From assembly GCA_963771355.1 (NCBI GenBank), contig CAVYTA010000006.1:2464001-2528000 (forward strand): DNA of 64,000 nucleotides, written 5' to 3'. The notes below the pieces were generated by a model that saw nothing but the letters and a program-made list of their open reading frames with translations, had not been told where the DNA came from and made no database searches. The position numbers and the translations under genes are program-made. This stretch comes from an uncultured Candidatus Rokubacteria bacterium (GTDB lineage Bacteria > Methylomirabilota > Methylomirabilia > Rokubacteriales > CSP1-6). Shown here piece by piece: positions 1 to 8,736 of this stretch. How positions within the stretch are numbered: position 1 is the first letter of the stretch; each line of letters starts with the position of its first letter.

Positions 1-804
1 GGCGCGGCCGTCGAACTCGTCGAAGACGATGCCCCGCCACCGGAGGCCGGCGAGCTGCTCCGGCTCCACCGTGCTCTCCGCCACGTGCACGCGCATGGCG
101 ATGCTGCTGTCGTTCTGGATCTGGCCGTAGGCGCCGAGCTCCACGCGGTCCGAGAAGCCGGTGACGAGCGAGCCGATCTTGCTCCGGAACGGCAGCGCCG
201 CCAGACCGACGCGCGGGATCACGAAGAAGAGGGCGGTGCTGAAGAGGAACGTGGCGATGGACGCCGCCGCCGCCAGCCCCATGAGCATGCGGGGGCTCGC
301 CCAGGTCGCGCTCCCGCCCGCCACCACGCGGTCCGGCCCGGGGGCCGACTCCACCAGCACGTGCTGGAGCAGCAGGAGCCACGTGGAGATGAGCAAGAAG
401 GCGATGAAGACGCCGAGAAAGCCCACGTCGAACGCCGCCGAGGATGCCGCCACCAGCATGAAGAAGGCGAGGAAGGCCACCACCCGGGCATCACGCCGGG
501 CATCGGCGGTGAAGAGACGCGCGAGGACGAGGAAGAGCAGCAGGTGGACGAGGCCGTCGAGCACGGTCTCCGCGAGATAGAGCAGATCTACCACGGAGGC
601 GGCGGCGGCCACGCCCACCAGCGCCGCGCCCAGGCCGCGCGTGCGGATGCGCGCGCGAATGGCCGCCTGCGCCCAGCTCAGCGCCAGTGCCGCCACCACC
701 ACGGCCATGCCCACCGGCCCGAGCAGCCCGGCGAGGACGAGGGCCACGACCCCGTCGAGCACGAGCAGATAGGTGGCCAAACGCACCGCCAGCGTCAGCG
801 ACAT
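1..804 (-). CDS. DUF3488/transglutaminase-like (TgpA-type) membrane protein, N-terminal part (runs off window)
   Basis: Manual translation from ATG 804 (overlaps DUF58 stop): multiple TM helices then 'VTGFSDRVELG..GQIQ..SSIAMRV..LRWRGIVFD'; classic MoxR-DUF58-TGase triad. Confidence 0.85.
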   Translation of the reverse strand, partial: MSLTLAVRLATYLLVLDGVVALVLAGLLGPVGMAVVVAALALSWAQAAIRARIRTRGLGAALVGVAAAASVVDLLYLAETVLDGLVHLLLFLVLARLFTADARRDARVVAFLAFFMLVAASSAAFDVGFLGVFIAFLLISTWLLLLQHVLVESAPGPDRVVAGGSATWASPRMLMGLAAAASIATFLFSTALFFVIPRVGLAALPFRSKIGSLVTGFSDRVELGAYGQIQNDSSIAMRVHVAESTVEPEQLAGLRWRGIVFDEFDGRA

Positions 805-1802
805 CAGTCGACCCCCACCCGAATCTCGCGGACGCCCGGACGGAGGGGGGGTGCGATCGTTCCGGAGGCGGCGACCACGGGCTCCCAGACCGCCAGGGCG
901 GTCAGCGTGCGGCGCCGCTGAGCGGGCCCGCGCCCGGGGGGCACCCAGAGGCCGCGGCCGGCCAGCTCCACCTGGGCGCCGGCGTGCAGCAGATGCGCGG
1001 CGAGCGAGGCCGCTTCACTGATGGCCTCCTCGAGCCGTGCGGGCGCGCCACCGTCCCCGACCACGATGCGCGTGTCCAGCGTCGTCTCCGCTTCCATCTC
1101 GCGGACCGTCAGCGTTCCCGTCTTGGCGCTGGACTTCCAGTGCACCAGCCGCAGGTCGTCGCCCGCCCGATAGTCGCGGAGATTGTGGAGGTCGCTGCCC
1201 CGCCCCCGCCGCCGGGCGGCCACGGCGCCTCCCCCACTCGGGGAGCGCAGCAGGTGGGTCGGCACCGGCGACAGCGCAGGAAAGACGAGCACCTCCTCCC
1301 GCAGCGTGGGCTGCCCCGCCTTGAGGAAGATGCCGAAGGGGAAGCGCGTGGTGACCCGCAAGCCGCCCAGCCGATGGCGCCCGCGCCGCGGCAGAGTGGC
1401 CTCCCAGGTCACGAGCCGGTCATCCCCCGCCGGGATGCGGGGGAGATAGATGAAGCGGACGGCGCGCCCACCGTCCAGCACCTCCAGCGTGATCGAGTAG
1501 GACGGCACCCAGCGCTTGAGGCTCGTCACGGTGGCCCCGAGCAGCGCGGGCCGGCCCGCGTGTAGCTCCTCGGGGAGCACCGCCGCCAGCTGCAGCCGCC
1601 GGATCACCGCCTCGGAGAGGATCCCGGAGACGACGACCAGGGCGAGGAGCATGGACGAGAGGAGATAGAGGAGATTGTTGCCGGTATTGACCGCGGCCAC
1701 CCCCAGCCCCACCGCCGCGAACAGCGTCCACCAGCCGTCGCGCGTGGGCCAGATCGTCCGGCGCGGGTGCCAGAGGCGGCGGAGCCAGTCGGGAACGCGC
1801 AT
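804..1802 (-). CDS. DUF58 domain protein (MoxR partner)
   Basis: 'AAVNTGNNLLYL', 'TTRFPFGIF', 'LRDYRAGDDLRLVHWKSSAK' motifs. Confidence 0.9.
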   Translation of the reverse strand: MRVPDWLRRLWHPRRTIWPTRDGWWTLFAAVGLGVAAVNTGNNLLYLLSSMLLALVVVSGILSEAVIRRLQLAAVLPEELHAGRPALLGATVTSLKRWVPSYSITLEVLDGGRAVRFIYLPRIPAGDDRLVTWEATLPRRGRHRLGGLRVTTRFPFGIFLKAGQPTLREEVLVFPALSPVPTHLLRSPSGGGAVAARRRGRGSDLHNLRDYRAGDDLRLVHWKSSAKTGTLTVREMEAETTLDTRIVVGDGGAPARLEEAISEAASLAAHLLHAGAQVELAGRGLWVPPGRGPAQRRRTLTALAVWEPVVAASGTIAPPLRPGVREIRVGVD

Positions 1803-1812
1803 GGGGCCCCGC

Positions 1813-2760
1813 TCAGCGCGGGACGGACAGGTCCTGGATCAGCGCGCGGATCACGGCCTCGCTGTGCACCCCGCCGCCGGCGACGCCGGGCGCCGCGCGG
1901 GCGATCACGCGATGGGCCAGCGCGGGCACCGCGAGCGCTTTCACGTCGTCGGGCACGAGGAAGTCGCGCCCGTCGGCGAGGGCGCGGGCCCGCGCCGCGC
2001 GCAGCAGCGCGAGCGAGCCGCGCGGGCTCACCCCGAGCGACAGCAATGGCGACACCCGCGTCGCCGCCACCAGCGCCATGAGATAGTCCAGCACCGAGTC
2101 CTCCGCGCGCACGGCGTCCGTCTCGTCCTGGAGCTCCAGCACCGTGGCGGTGTCGAGCACGGGCTCGAGGAACGAGAGCGCGGCGCCCCCGCCCCCGCGG
2201 AGGATCACCTTCTCGTCCGGCGCGTCGGGATAGCCGATGCGGATGCGCAGGAGAAAGCGGTCGAGCTGCGACTCCGGCAGCGGGAAGGTGCCCTCGTACT
2301 CGTGCGGGTTCTGCGTCGCGAGCACCATGAACGGCTTCGGCAGCGGGTGGGTGGTGTGGTCCAGCGACACCTGCGCCTCGTTCATCGCCTCCAGGAGGCT
2401 CGACTGGGTCTTGGGGGTGGTGCGGTTGATTTCGTCGGCGAGCACGATGTTGGTGAAGAGCGGGCCGGGCTTGAAGACGAAGTCCCCGCGATCGGGCTGG
2501 TAGACCGAGATGCCCAGCACGTCGGAGGGCAGCATGTCCGAGGTGAACTGGATGCGCTGGAAGCCCCCCCCGATGGAGCGGGCGAGGGCGGCGCCCAGCG
2601 TGGTCTTACCCACGCCGGGCACGTCCTCGATGAGGAGATGCCCTCGCGCGAGGAGGCCGATGACGGCGAGCCGGACCACCTCCGGCTTGCCGACGAGGGC
2701 GCGCCCGACGCTCTCCTCGAGCCGGCGGATCCGGTCGGCGGTCCGGGCATCCGCGGCCAT
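1813..2760 (-). CDS. moxR: MoxR-family AAA+ ATPase
   Basis: 'GHLLIEDVPGVGKT', 'RIQFTSDMLPSD', 'LADEINR', 'ATQNPHEYEGTFPLPESQLDRF'. Confidence 0.95.
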   Translation of the reverse strand: MAADARTADRIRRLEESVGRALVGKPEVVRLAVIGLLARGHLLIEDVPGVGKTTLGAALARSIGGGFQRIQFTSDMLPSDVLGISVYQPDRGDFVFKPGPLFTNIVLADEINRTTPKTQSSLLEAMNEAQVSLDHTTHPLPKPFMVLATQNPHEYEGTFPLPESQLDRFLLRIRIGYPDAPDEKVILRGGGGAALSFLEPVLDTATVLELQDETDAVRAEDSVLDYLMALVAATRVSPLLSLGVSPRGSLALLRAARARALADGRDFLVPDDVKALAVPALAHRVIARAAPGVAGGGVHSEAVIRALIQDLSVPR

Positions 2761-2774
2761 CTTGACCGGGCCGC

Positions 2775-3707
2775 TCAGCGGAGCGCCGGCGCCACCTCGG
2801 TGATGAAGCGATCGAGCGTCTTCTTCTTGTCGGCCCCGAGGAAGAAGCTGGGAATGAACAGCATCCCCACCCCCGCGTCGCGCAGGCGACCGAGCGTGTC
2901 CTGGATCTGCGCGCGGCTCCCGGCCAGCACGGTGTCGCGGGCCTTCGCCTCGTCCGCCCCCATGCGCGCCATGTAGACCTTGCGCATCTTCTCGACCTCG
3001 GCGGCGTCCTCGGTCATGGCGAGCACCATGACCGCGGAGCGGAGAATCGTCTTGGGATCGCGGCCCACGGTGGCGCAGTGGCCCTCGAGGATCTTGCCCT
3101 TGGCGGCCAGCGTGTTCGGCCCCCCCCACACGTTCCAGTGGTCGGCGTGCCGGGCGGCGATCTTCAGCGTGACCTTCTCACCACCGCCGCCCACCATCAG
3201 CTCGGGATGGGGCTTCTGCACGGGCTTGGGGTCGTGCGGCGCGTCGTCCAGCGCGTAGTACTTGCCCTTCCACGTGCTCTTCGGCTGGGTCCAGAGCAGC
3301 TTGAGCAGCTGGCAGGCCTCGTCGAGCCGCGCCAGGCGCTCGCCGACCGTGTAGAAGGGGATGTCGTAGGCCTTGTGCTCGTTCTCCTGCCAGCCCGCGC
3401 CCATCCCGCAGATGAGCCGGCCGCCGGAGATGATGTCGATATTGGTGGCCATCTTGGCCAGGACCGCCGGATGGCGGTAGGTGTTGCCGGACACGATGGT
3501 GCCCACGCGAATCCGCCGCGTCTCCGCCGCCAGCGCGGCGAGCACCGTCCAGCACTCCAGGGTGTCGCCGACGCGGTCCTTCGTGTTCGGCATGAAGTGG
3601 TCGGTGACGCAGGCGGCGTCCCAGCCGGTGGTGTCGAGGTGGCGCCAGGTATCGAGGAGCTCGCTCCATGGGGTGCCGCCGAGACCGGAGAATAGCGCGA
3701 ATTTCAT
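2775..3707 (-). CDS. LLM-class (probably F420-dependent) oxidoreductase
   Basis: 'TDHFMP', 'YRHPAVLAKMATNIDIISGGRL..G.GAGW', 'VGGGGEKVTL'. Confidence 0.9.
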   Translation of the reverse strand: MKFALFSGLGGTPWSELLDTWRHLDTTGWDAACVTDHFMPNTKDRVGDTLECWTVLAALAAETRRIRVGTIVSGNTYRHPAVLAKMATNIDIISGGRLICGMGAGWQENEHKAYDIPFYTVGERLARLDEACQLLKLLWTQPKSTWKGKYYALDDAPHDPKPVQKPHPELMVGGGGEKVTLKIAARHADHWNVWGGPNTLAAKGKILEGHCATVGRDPKTILRSAVMVLAMTEDAAEVEKMRKVYMARMGADEAKARDTVLAGSRAQIQDTLGRLRDAGVGMLFIPSFFLGADKKKTLDRFITEVAPALR

Positions 3708-3754
3708 GAGCCCTCCCTGGGGTCCGCTCCGAGCGTACCATATCGGTTCCGGCC

Positions 3755-4735
3755 ATGACCGCGCCCCGTCGGCTTCTCGTCATCCATCCGGGCGCCCTCG
3801 GAGACGTCCTGCAGGCGGTCCCCGCGCTGCGGGCGCTGGGCGGGAACGCGGGCGGGGGCCAGGTGAGCCTCGCCGCCCAGCCGCGGCTGGCACGGCTGCT
3901 CGCGGGCGCGGGCGTGGTGGACGAGGCGCTGTCCTTCGACGCATTGGGGCTGGCCGCGCTCTTTGCGGACGACGATCCCGTGCCTCCGGCGCTGGCTGCG
4001 CGCCTCGGCGGCTTCGACGCCGTCGTCTCCTGGTTCGGCGCGCGCGTTCCGTCCTACGCGGAGCGCCTGACCGCGCTGGTGCCGCGGGTGGTCCTGGCCC
4101 CGCCGGTGCCGCCCGAGGGTGACGCCACGCCGGTCTGGCGGTACCTGCTCGCGACGGTGGCTCCCCTCGGCCCGCTCGATCCGCGGGCGGCGGGGGAGGT
4201 CGGCCCGCTCGCGGCGCCCTTGGCCTTCCCGGAGGAGTGGGCGGTGCAGGGCCGTGCGGCGCTGGCCGCGGTGGGCCTCGGGGACGCGCGGCCGCTCCTC
4301 GTCGTGCATGCCGGCGCCGGGGGCCGGTGGAAACGCTGGCCGGCCGAGCGCTTCGCCGAGGTGGTCGCGCGCGCCGCCGGCGCCGCGGTGCTCCTCCACG
4401 AGGGCCCGGCGGACCGCGAGGCGGTGGACGCGCTGGAGCGCCGCCTGGACGCGCTCGGCGCGGCGGCCGGCCGCGCGCGCCTGATCGCGCCCGCGCTCGA
4501 GCCGCTCGCGGCCGTACTCGCCGGAGCGCGCGCCTATCTCGGCGGCGACTCCGGCATCAGCCATCTGGCCGCCGCCGCGGGCGCGGCCGCCATCATCCTC
4601 TATCCGGCGGCCACCCTGGACCGCTGGGCGCCGTGGAGTCCGCGGGCGCGCCCGCTCCCCGCCTCCGACGACGCCGCCGGCGTGGACCGCGCGGTGGAGG
4701 CGCTCGCCGGCCTCTTCCCCCCGCCGGCCCCTTGA
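3755..4735 (+). CDS. Glycosyltransferase family 9 (ADP-heptose:LPS heptosyltransferase-like)
   Basis: 'HPGALGDV', 'HAGAGGRWKRWP', 'GGDSGISHLAAA' motifs. Confidence 0.85.
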   Translation: MTAPRRLLVIHPGALGDVLQAVPALRALGGNAGGGQVSLAAQPRLARLLAGAGVVDEALSFDALGLAALFADDDPVPPALAARLGGFDAVVSWFGARVPSYAERLTALVPRVVLAPPVPPEGDATPVWRYLLATVAPLGPLDPRAAGEVGPLAAPLAFPEEWAVQGRAALAAVGLGDARPLLVVHAGAGGRWKRWPAERFAEVVARAAGAAVLLHEGPADREAVDALERRLDALGAAAGRARLIAPALEPLAAVLAGARAYLGGDSGISHLAAAAGAAAIILYPAATLDRWAPWSPRARPLPASDDAAGVDRAVEALAGLFPPPAP

Positions 4736-4757
4736 CAGCGCGGGCGCTCACCTCTAT

Positions 4758-5435
4758 ATGGGCCCCATGCCCATGATCGATCTCTCCTTTCCGATCCGGC
4801 CGCACTTCCGCTGGCGCGTCGCGCGCGAGGTGCGCGCCTCGCATGCCGCCGGCGACAACTTCGAGTCGTCCATCATGACCCTGGGCTGTCATGCCTACAC
4901 GCACGTGGACGCGCCCAAGCACTTCCTTCCCGGCGCCCGCCACATCGCGGAGATGCCCGTGGATCAGTGGGTGGGCGAGGCGGCGGTGGTGGATCTCACC
5001 CATCTCGCCGACAACGACGGGGTCACCGCCGCCGATCTCGAGCGACGCGCGGGGCACGTGCGGCCGGGCGACATCGCGCTGCTGCGGACGGACTGGCCGC
5101 GGCGCGTGAGCGTGGACGAGGAGCGCTTCTGGCGCGACGCCCCCTTCACCGCCGCGGACGCCTGCCACTGGCTGGTCGCGCGCGGGGTCAAGGCGGTGGG
5201 CTACGACTATCCGCCCGACTTCTCCGTCCGGACCAGTATCTTCGAGCCGACCCGGAAGGTCCTTCCGGAAGACTGCACGACGCATCACATCTTCTTCCCC
5301 GCCGGGATCACGGTGATCGAGTACCTCACCAACCTGCACCGCATCGGCGCCGCCCGCTGCCGGTTCCTGGCCCTGCCCTTGGCCCTGGACCAGGCCGACG
5401 GCTCTCCCGTCCGGGCGGTGGCCCTGATCGACTGA
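4758..5435 (+). CDS. Cyclase family metal-dependent hydrolase (kynurenine formamidase-like); start may be 4767 or 4773
   Basis: 'HAYTHVDAPKH' motif, 'IEYLTNL', 'DGSPVRAVA'. Confidence 0.9.
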   Translation: MGPMPMIDLSFPIRPHFRWRVAREVRASHAAGDNFESSIMTLGCHAYTHVDAPKHFLPGARHIAEMPVDQWVGEAAVVDLTHLADNDGVTAADLERRAGHVRPGDIALLRTDWPRRVSVDEERFWRDAPFTAADACHWLVARGVKAVGYDYPPDFSVRTSIFEPTRKVLPEDCTTHHIFFPAGITVIEYLTNLHRIGAARCRFLALPLALDQADGSPVRAVALID

Positions 5436-5448
5436 CGGGGCCCGCCCC

Positions 5449-5482
5449 GATCGAGGGTGGCGGCCTGATCGAGGGTGGCGGC
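5449..5482. repeat. Intergenic tandem duplication (GATCGAGGGTGGCGGC x2, 18-bp period)
   Basis: Copies at 5449-5464 and 5467-5482. Confidence 0.8.
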
Positions 5483-5506
5483 TGATGGTCGGGCTCACCG
5501 TCGGCC

Positions 5507-5536
5507 TTGACACCCGCGGGAGCGCCCGCCTATGCT
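5507..5536 (+). promoter_or_regulatory. Sigma70-like promoter for CBS gene
   Basis: TTGACA-N18-TATGCT, 31 nt upstream of ATG 5568. Confidence 0.6.
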
Positions 5537-5567
5537 CCAGCCAATCCCGCCGGGAAGGGGGCAGGCC

Positions 5568-6092
5568 ATGAGCGAGTTCCAGGACGAGTACTCCGAGTCC
5601 CTCGATAGCGACTTCCGCAAGCTCGAAGGGGCCCTGCTGAACGATACGGTGCGACTGCTGGAGCCCAGCGAGCCCCTCATGCTCCCCGGCGAGACCAGCG
5701 TGCAGGAAGCCATCGGGCAGATGGTGGCCCAGCACCGCGCGGCGGTGGTGGTGGTGGACGGCGAGGGGCGGCTCAGCGGCATCTTCACCGAGCGCGATGT
5801 CCTGATCCGGGTCCTCGGCGAGCGCCGCGACCCCGCCCACACCCCTCTGGCCGAGGTGATGACCCCGAACCCCGAGGCCCTCACGCTCCAGGACCGGATC
5901 TGCTTCGCGGTGAACCGGATGAGCACCGCCGGCTTCCGCACCATCCCCCTGGTGGACGGCGAACGGCGCCCGATCGGCATCATCACGGTCAACGACGTGG
6001 TGAAGTGGCTGGCCGAGATCTTCCCCGAGGCCGTCCTCAACCTGCGGCCCGGCGACCGGCTGAAACACCCCTTGCAGGTCGACGCTGGTTAG
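5568..6092 (+). CDS. CBS-domain pair protein
   Basis: 'GIFTERDVL', 'EVMTPNP', 'GIITVNDV'. Confidence 0.88.
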   Translation: MSEFQDEYSESLDSDFRKLEGALLNDTVRLLEPSEPLMLPGETSVQEAIGQMVAQHRAAVVVVDGEGRLSGIFTERDVLIRVLGERRDPAHTPLAEVMTPNPEALTLQDRICFAVNRMSTAGFRTIPLVDGERRPIGIITVNDVVKWLAEIFPEAVLNLRPGDRLKHPLQVDAG

Positions 6093-6211
6093 CCCAGCCT
6101 AAGACCGCGTGAACCCTGAGGCGCCCGGGGGCATTTCGTGTATACTTGCCCGAGTTTGCTGATCCTCAACGTGACAATCGAGCCGCCAAACACCCGCGAA
6201 TAGGGGAAACC

Positions 6212-6946
6212 GTGCTCATACACGCCGTGCTCGTCGTCATCGCCGCGATCCTGGTGACCCAGGCGACCGTCCTCGCCACCACGATCTACCTGCACCGCGC
6301 GCTCGCGCACCGGGCGCTCGTCGTGCACCCGTTGCTGGACTGGCTCTTCCGCGCGGTGCTCTGGCTGAGCACCGGCATGCGGCGGCAGGAGTGGGTGGCG
6401 GTGCACCGCAAGCACCACACCTTCACCGACCGGGAAGGCGATCCGCATAGCCCGCTCCTCTTCGGCTTCTGGAAGGTGCAGCTCTTCAACGTGTACTACT
6501 ACGCGCGCGAGGCGATGGATCCCGACATCGTCCGGAAGTTCGCCCCCGACCTCGTCGAGGACCGCTGGGATCGGTGGGTGTTCTCGTGGGGCTTCACCGG
6601 GCTCTTCCTGGGGACCTCCGTCCTGTGCCTGCTGCTGGGCTTCTGGGCCGGCGTGATCGCCATGGTCTCCCACGGCATCCTCTACGTCTTCGTGCTCTCG
6701 CCTCTCATCAACGGCCTCGGCCACTGGCGGGGCGCCCAGAACTTCATGAACACCGCCTACAACTCACGCGTGCTCGCCTGGTTCACCGGCGGGGAGAGCC
6801 TGCACAACAATCACCACGCGTATCCCCGCTCGCCGAAATTCAGCGTGGGACGTTTCGAGTTCGACCCGGCCTGGGTGTTGATCAAGGTCTTCGCCGCGGT
6901 CAAGCTGGTGGGGATCACCGGCCCGGTGGCGAAGCTCACGCAGTAG
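6212..6946 (+). CDS. Fatty acid (acyl-CoA delta-9 type) desaturase
   Basis: His boxes 'HRALAH', 'HRKHH', 'HNNHH'; GTG start after AGGGG. Confidence 0.92.
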   Translation: MLIHAVLVVIAAILVTQATVLATTIYLHRALAHRALVVHPLLDWLFRAVLWLSTGMRRQEWVAVHRKHHTFTDREGDPHSPLLFGFWKVQLFNVYYYAREAMDPDIVRKFAPDLVEDRWDRWVFSWGFTGLFLGTSVLCLLLGFWAGVIAMVSHGILYVFVLSPLINGLGHWRGAQNFMNTAYNSRVLAWFTGGESLHNNHHAYPRSPKFSVGRFEFDPAWVLIKVFAAVKLVGITGPVAKLTQ

Positions 6947-6975
6947 CCCCCGCCGTCACCGGCGGAGCGGAGCCG

Positions 6976-7266
6976 CTAGGCGGGCGGGACGGCGTCGGGC
7001 GGGACTTCGGTCAGCAGCATCCAGTCGTCGGGGCCCTCGGCGGGGGGCCGTGTGCCCGCCGCCACGCTCACCGTGCGGCCCCGGCTGGGCGAGAACCACT
7101 CCCAGACCCCCGCGGGTGCCGCCGCCTCCTGGGCTTCACCCATCTCGGGGCCCGTCTCGCCGGCGGCCTCGCGATCGGTCTTGCGCTGACGCTTCTCTTC
7201 CTGCTTCGCGCGGCGCATCTGATCCTTGCGGCGGCGCTCGAAGCCATAGTTCTGGCGGGCGCTCAT
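6976..7266 (-). CDS. Hypothetical protein (basic N-terminus)
   Basis: 96-aa ORF with GC3-biased codons filling the gap. Confidence 0.6.
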   Translation of the reverse strand: MSARQNYGFERRRKDQMRRAKQEEKRQRKTDREAAGETGPEMGEAQEAAAPAGVWEWFSPSRGRTVSVAAGTRPPAEGPDDWMLLTEVPPDAVPPA

Positions 7267-7360
7267 AGGGCGGGGGTTACCGGGTACGTGGGCACGCTCA
7301 TCTTTCCGCGAGTGTACACCGAGCGGCCCCGCTTTGCGATGATCATCGCCGCGGCGCCGC

Positions 7361-7789
7361 TCACCCGTCCGCCACCGCGATGGCGCTGATCTCCAGCTTG
7401 CAGCGCGCGTGGGTGGCGAGCCGCGACACCTCCACCGTGGTGGTGGTGGGGAGATGGCCGGCGAGATACTCGGCCCAGACGCGATTGAGATCGTCCTGCT
7501 CGTCCACCGCGGTCAGGTATCGCGTCGCGGACACGAGGTCGCGGAGGGTGCAGCCGGCCGCCTCGAGCGTCTTCTTGAGATTCTCCATGGTGAGCCGCGC
7601 CTGCTCGCGCATGCTGTCGGGCAAGTCGAACTCCTCGTCGCGGTGGGGATGGCTGTGGTACACCGGCGCGGCGGTGACGCCGGAGAGGAAGACCAGCCGC
7701 CCCTGGGCCACGAGGATGCCCGGGGCATAGGGCATGTGCACGTCGGTGCGGCGGTCGCGGTGATGCACGATCTCGATGCGCCTGGCCAT
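7361..7789 (-). CDS. RidA/YjgF/YER057c/UK114 family protein
   Basis: 'LVFLSG', 'EQARLTMENLKKTLEAAG', 'VEVSRL..KLEISAIA'. Confidence 0.88.
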   Translation of the reverse strand: MARRIEIVHHRDRRTDVHMPYAPGILVAQGRLVFLSGVTAAPVYHSHPHRDEEFDLPDSMREQARLTMENLKKTLEAAGCTLRDLVSATRYLTAVDEQDDLNRVWAEYLAGHLPTTTTVEVSRLATHARCKLEISAIAVADG

Positions 7790-7800
7790 GGGGACTCCGC

Positions 7801-8736
7801 TCACTCGAAGATGTTCTCGGGGAGGAAGGCAGAGACGATCCAGTTGGGCGCGTCCACGATCTCGCTGATCTTGAGGTCCACCGCCACGCTGGCGACGATG
7901 TAGGCCTCCTCCCGCGACAGCCCGCGCTCCTCCACCATGTGGTCGATGATGTAGCGCACCGCCTGCTGGGCGGACGCGAAGAGGTCGGGCCCGTGCGCGG
8001 TGGTCGCCACCCACGGCCCGCGGCTGGTGCCCACCCCGATGGGCCCGCGGGTGCGGAAGCGCGGCTCGGGAATTCCGCGCCCGGACAGAAGACCGAACCG
8101 CAGCGTTACCTCGGCGGCCATCTCCACCGCGGTCACGCACACCTCGCCGTCGCCCTGCGCCGCATGCCCGTCGCCCACGCTGAAGAGGGCGCCTTCCACC
8201 CACACCGGCAGGGACAGGGTGGTGCCGGCGGTGAGCTGCTTGATGTCCATGTTCCCGCCGTTCTTCCGCGGCGGCATGGTGCTGTGACCGCCGGGCTCGG
8301 GCAGCGCGGTGCCCATCACGCCGGGGAAGGCCTCGATGGGCACCGCGATCTTCCGACGCGCGTTGCGCGCGAACTTCCCGTCGGAGACGTCCCAGATCTG
8401 CAGATAGGGTTTGGGGAAGTCCGCCTCCGGGAGCAGGCCGCGACCCGGCCGGATGGCGGTCCAGCCGAAGGGCGCGCCCGGCTTCACCTCGAGGATCTCG
8501 ACCACCAGAGTGTCGCCCGGACGCGCGCCCTCCACCCGCACCGGCCCGGTGAGCGGGTGCCCGCGGAACGGTCCCCGGTTGATGACGTCCTCATGGGTGG
8601 AGGTGGCCTTGTAGAAGCCGTCGGCGGCGTCCCGGGTCTCGAAGGACACCGTGTCGCCGGGGGCGATGGTGAGGCGCGGCGGAAGGGAGTTGTTCCACTC
8701 GTAGTGTGCCTGGCTGCGGTCGAGGCGATGGTTCAT
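7801..8736 (-). CDS. Acetamidase/formamidase family protein
   Basis: 'GHPLTGPVRVEGA.PGD', 'PPRKNGGNMD', 'GDGHAAQGDGEVCVTAVE'. Confidence 0.93.
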   Translation of the reverse strand: MNHRLDRSQAHYEWNNSLPPRLTIAPGDTVSFETRDAADGFYKATSTHEDVINRGPFRGHPLTGPVRVEGARPGDTLVVEILEVKPGAPFGWTAIRPGRGLLPEADFPKPYLQIWDVSDGKFARNARRKIAVPIEAFPGVMGTALPEPGGHSTMPPRKNGGNMDIKQLTAGTTLSLPVWVEGALFSVGDGHAAQGDGEVCVTAVEMAAEVTLRFGLLSGRGIPEPRFRTRGPIGVGTSRGPWVATTAHGPDLFASAQQAVRYIIDHMVEERGLSREEAYIVASVAVDLKISEIVDAPNWIVSAFLPENIFE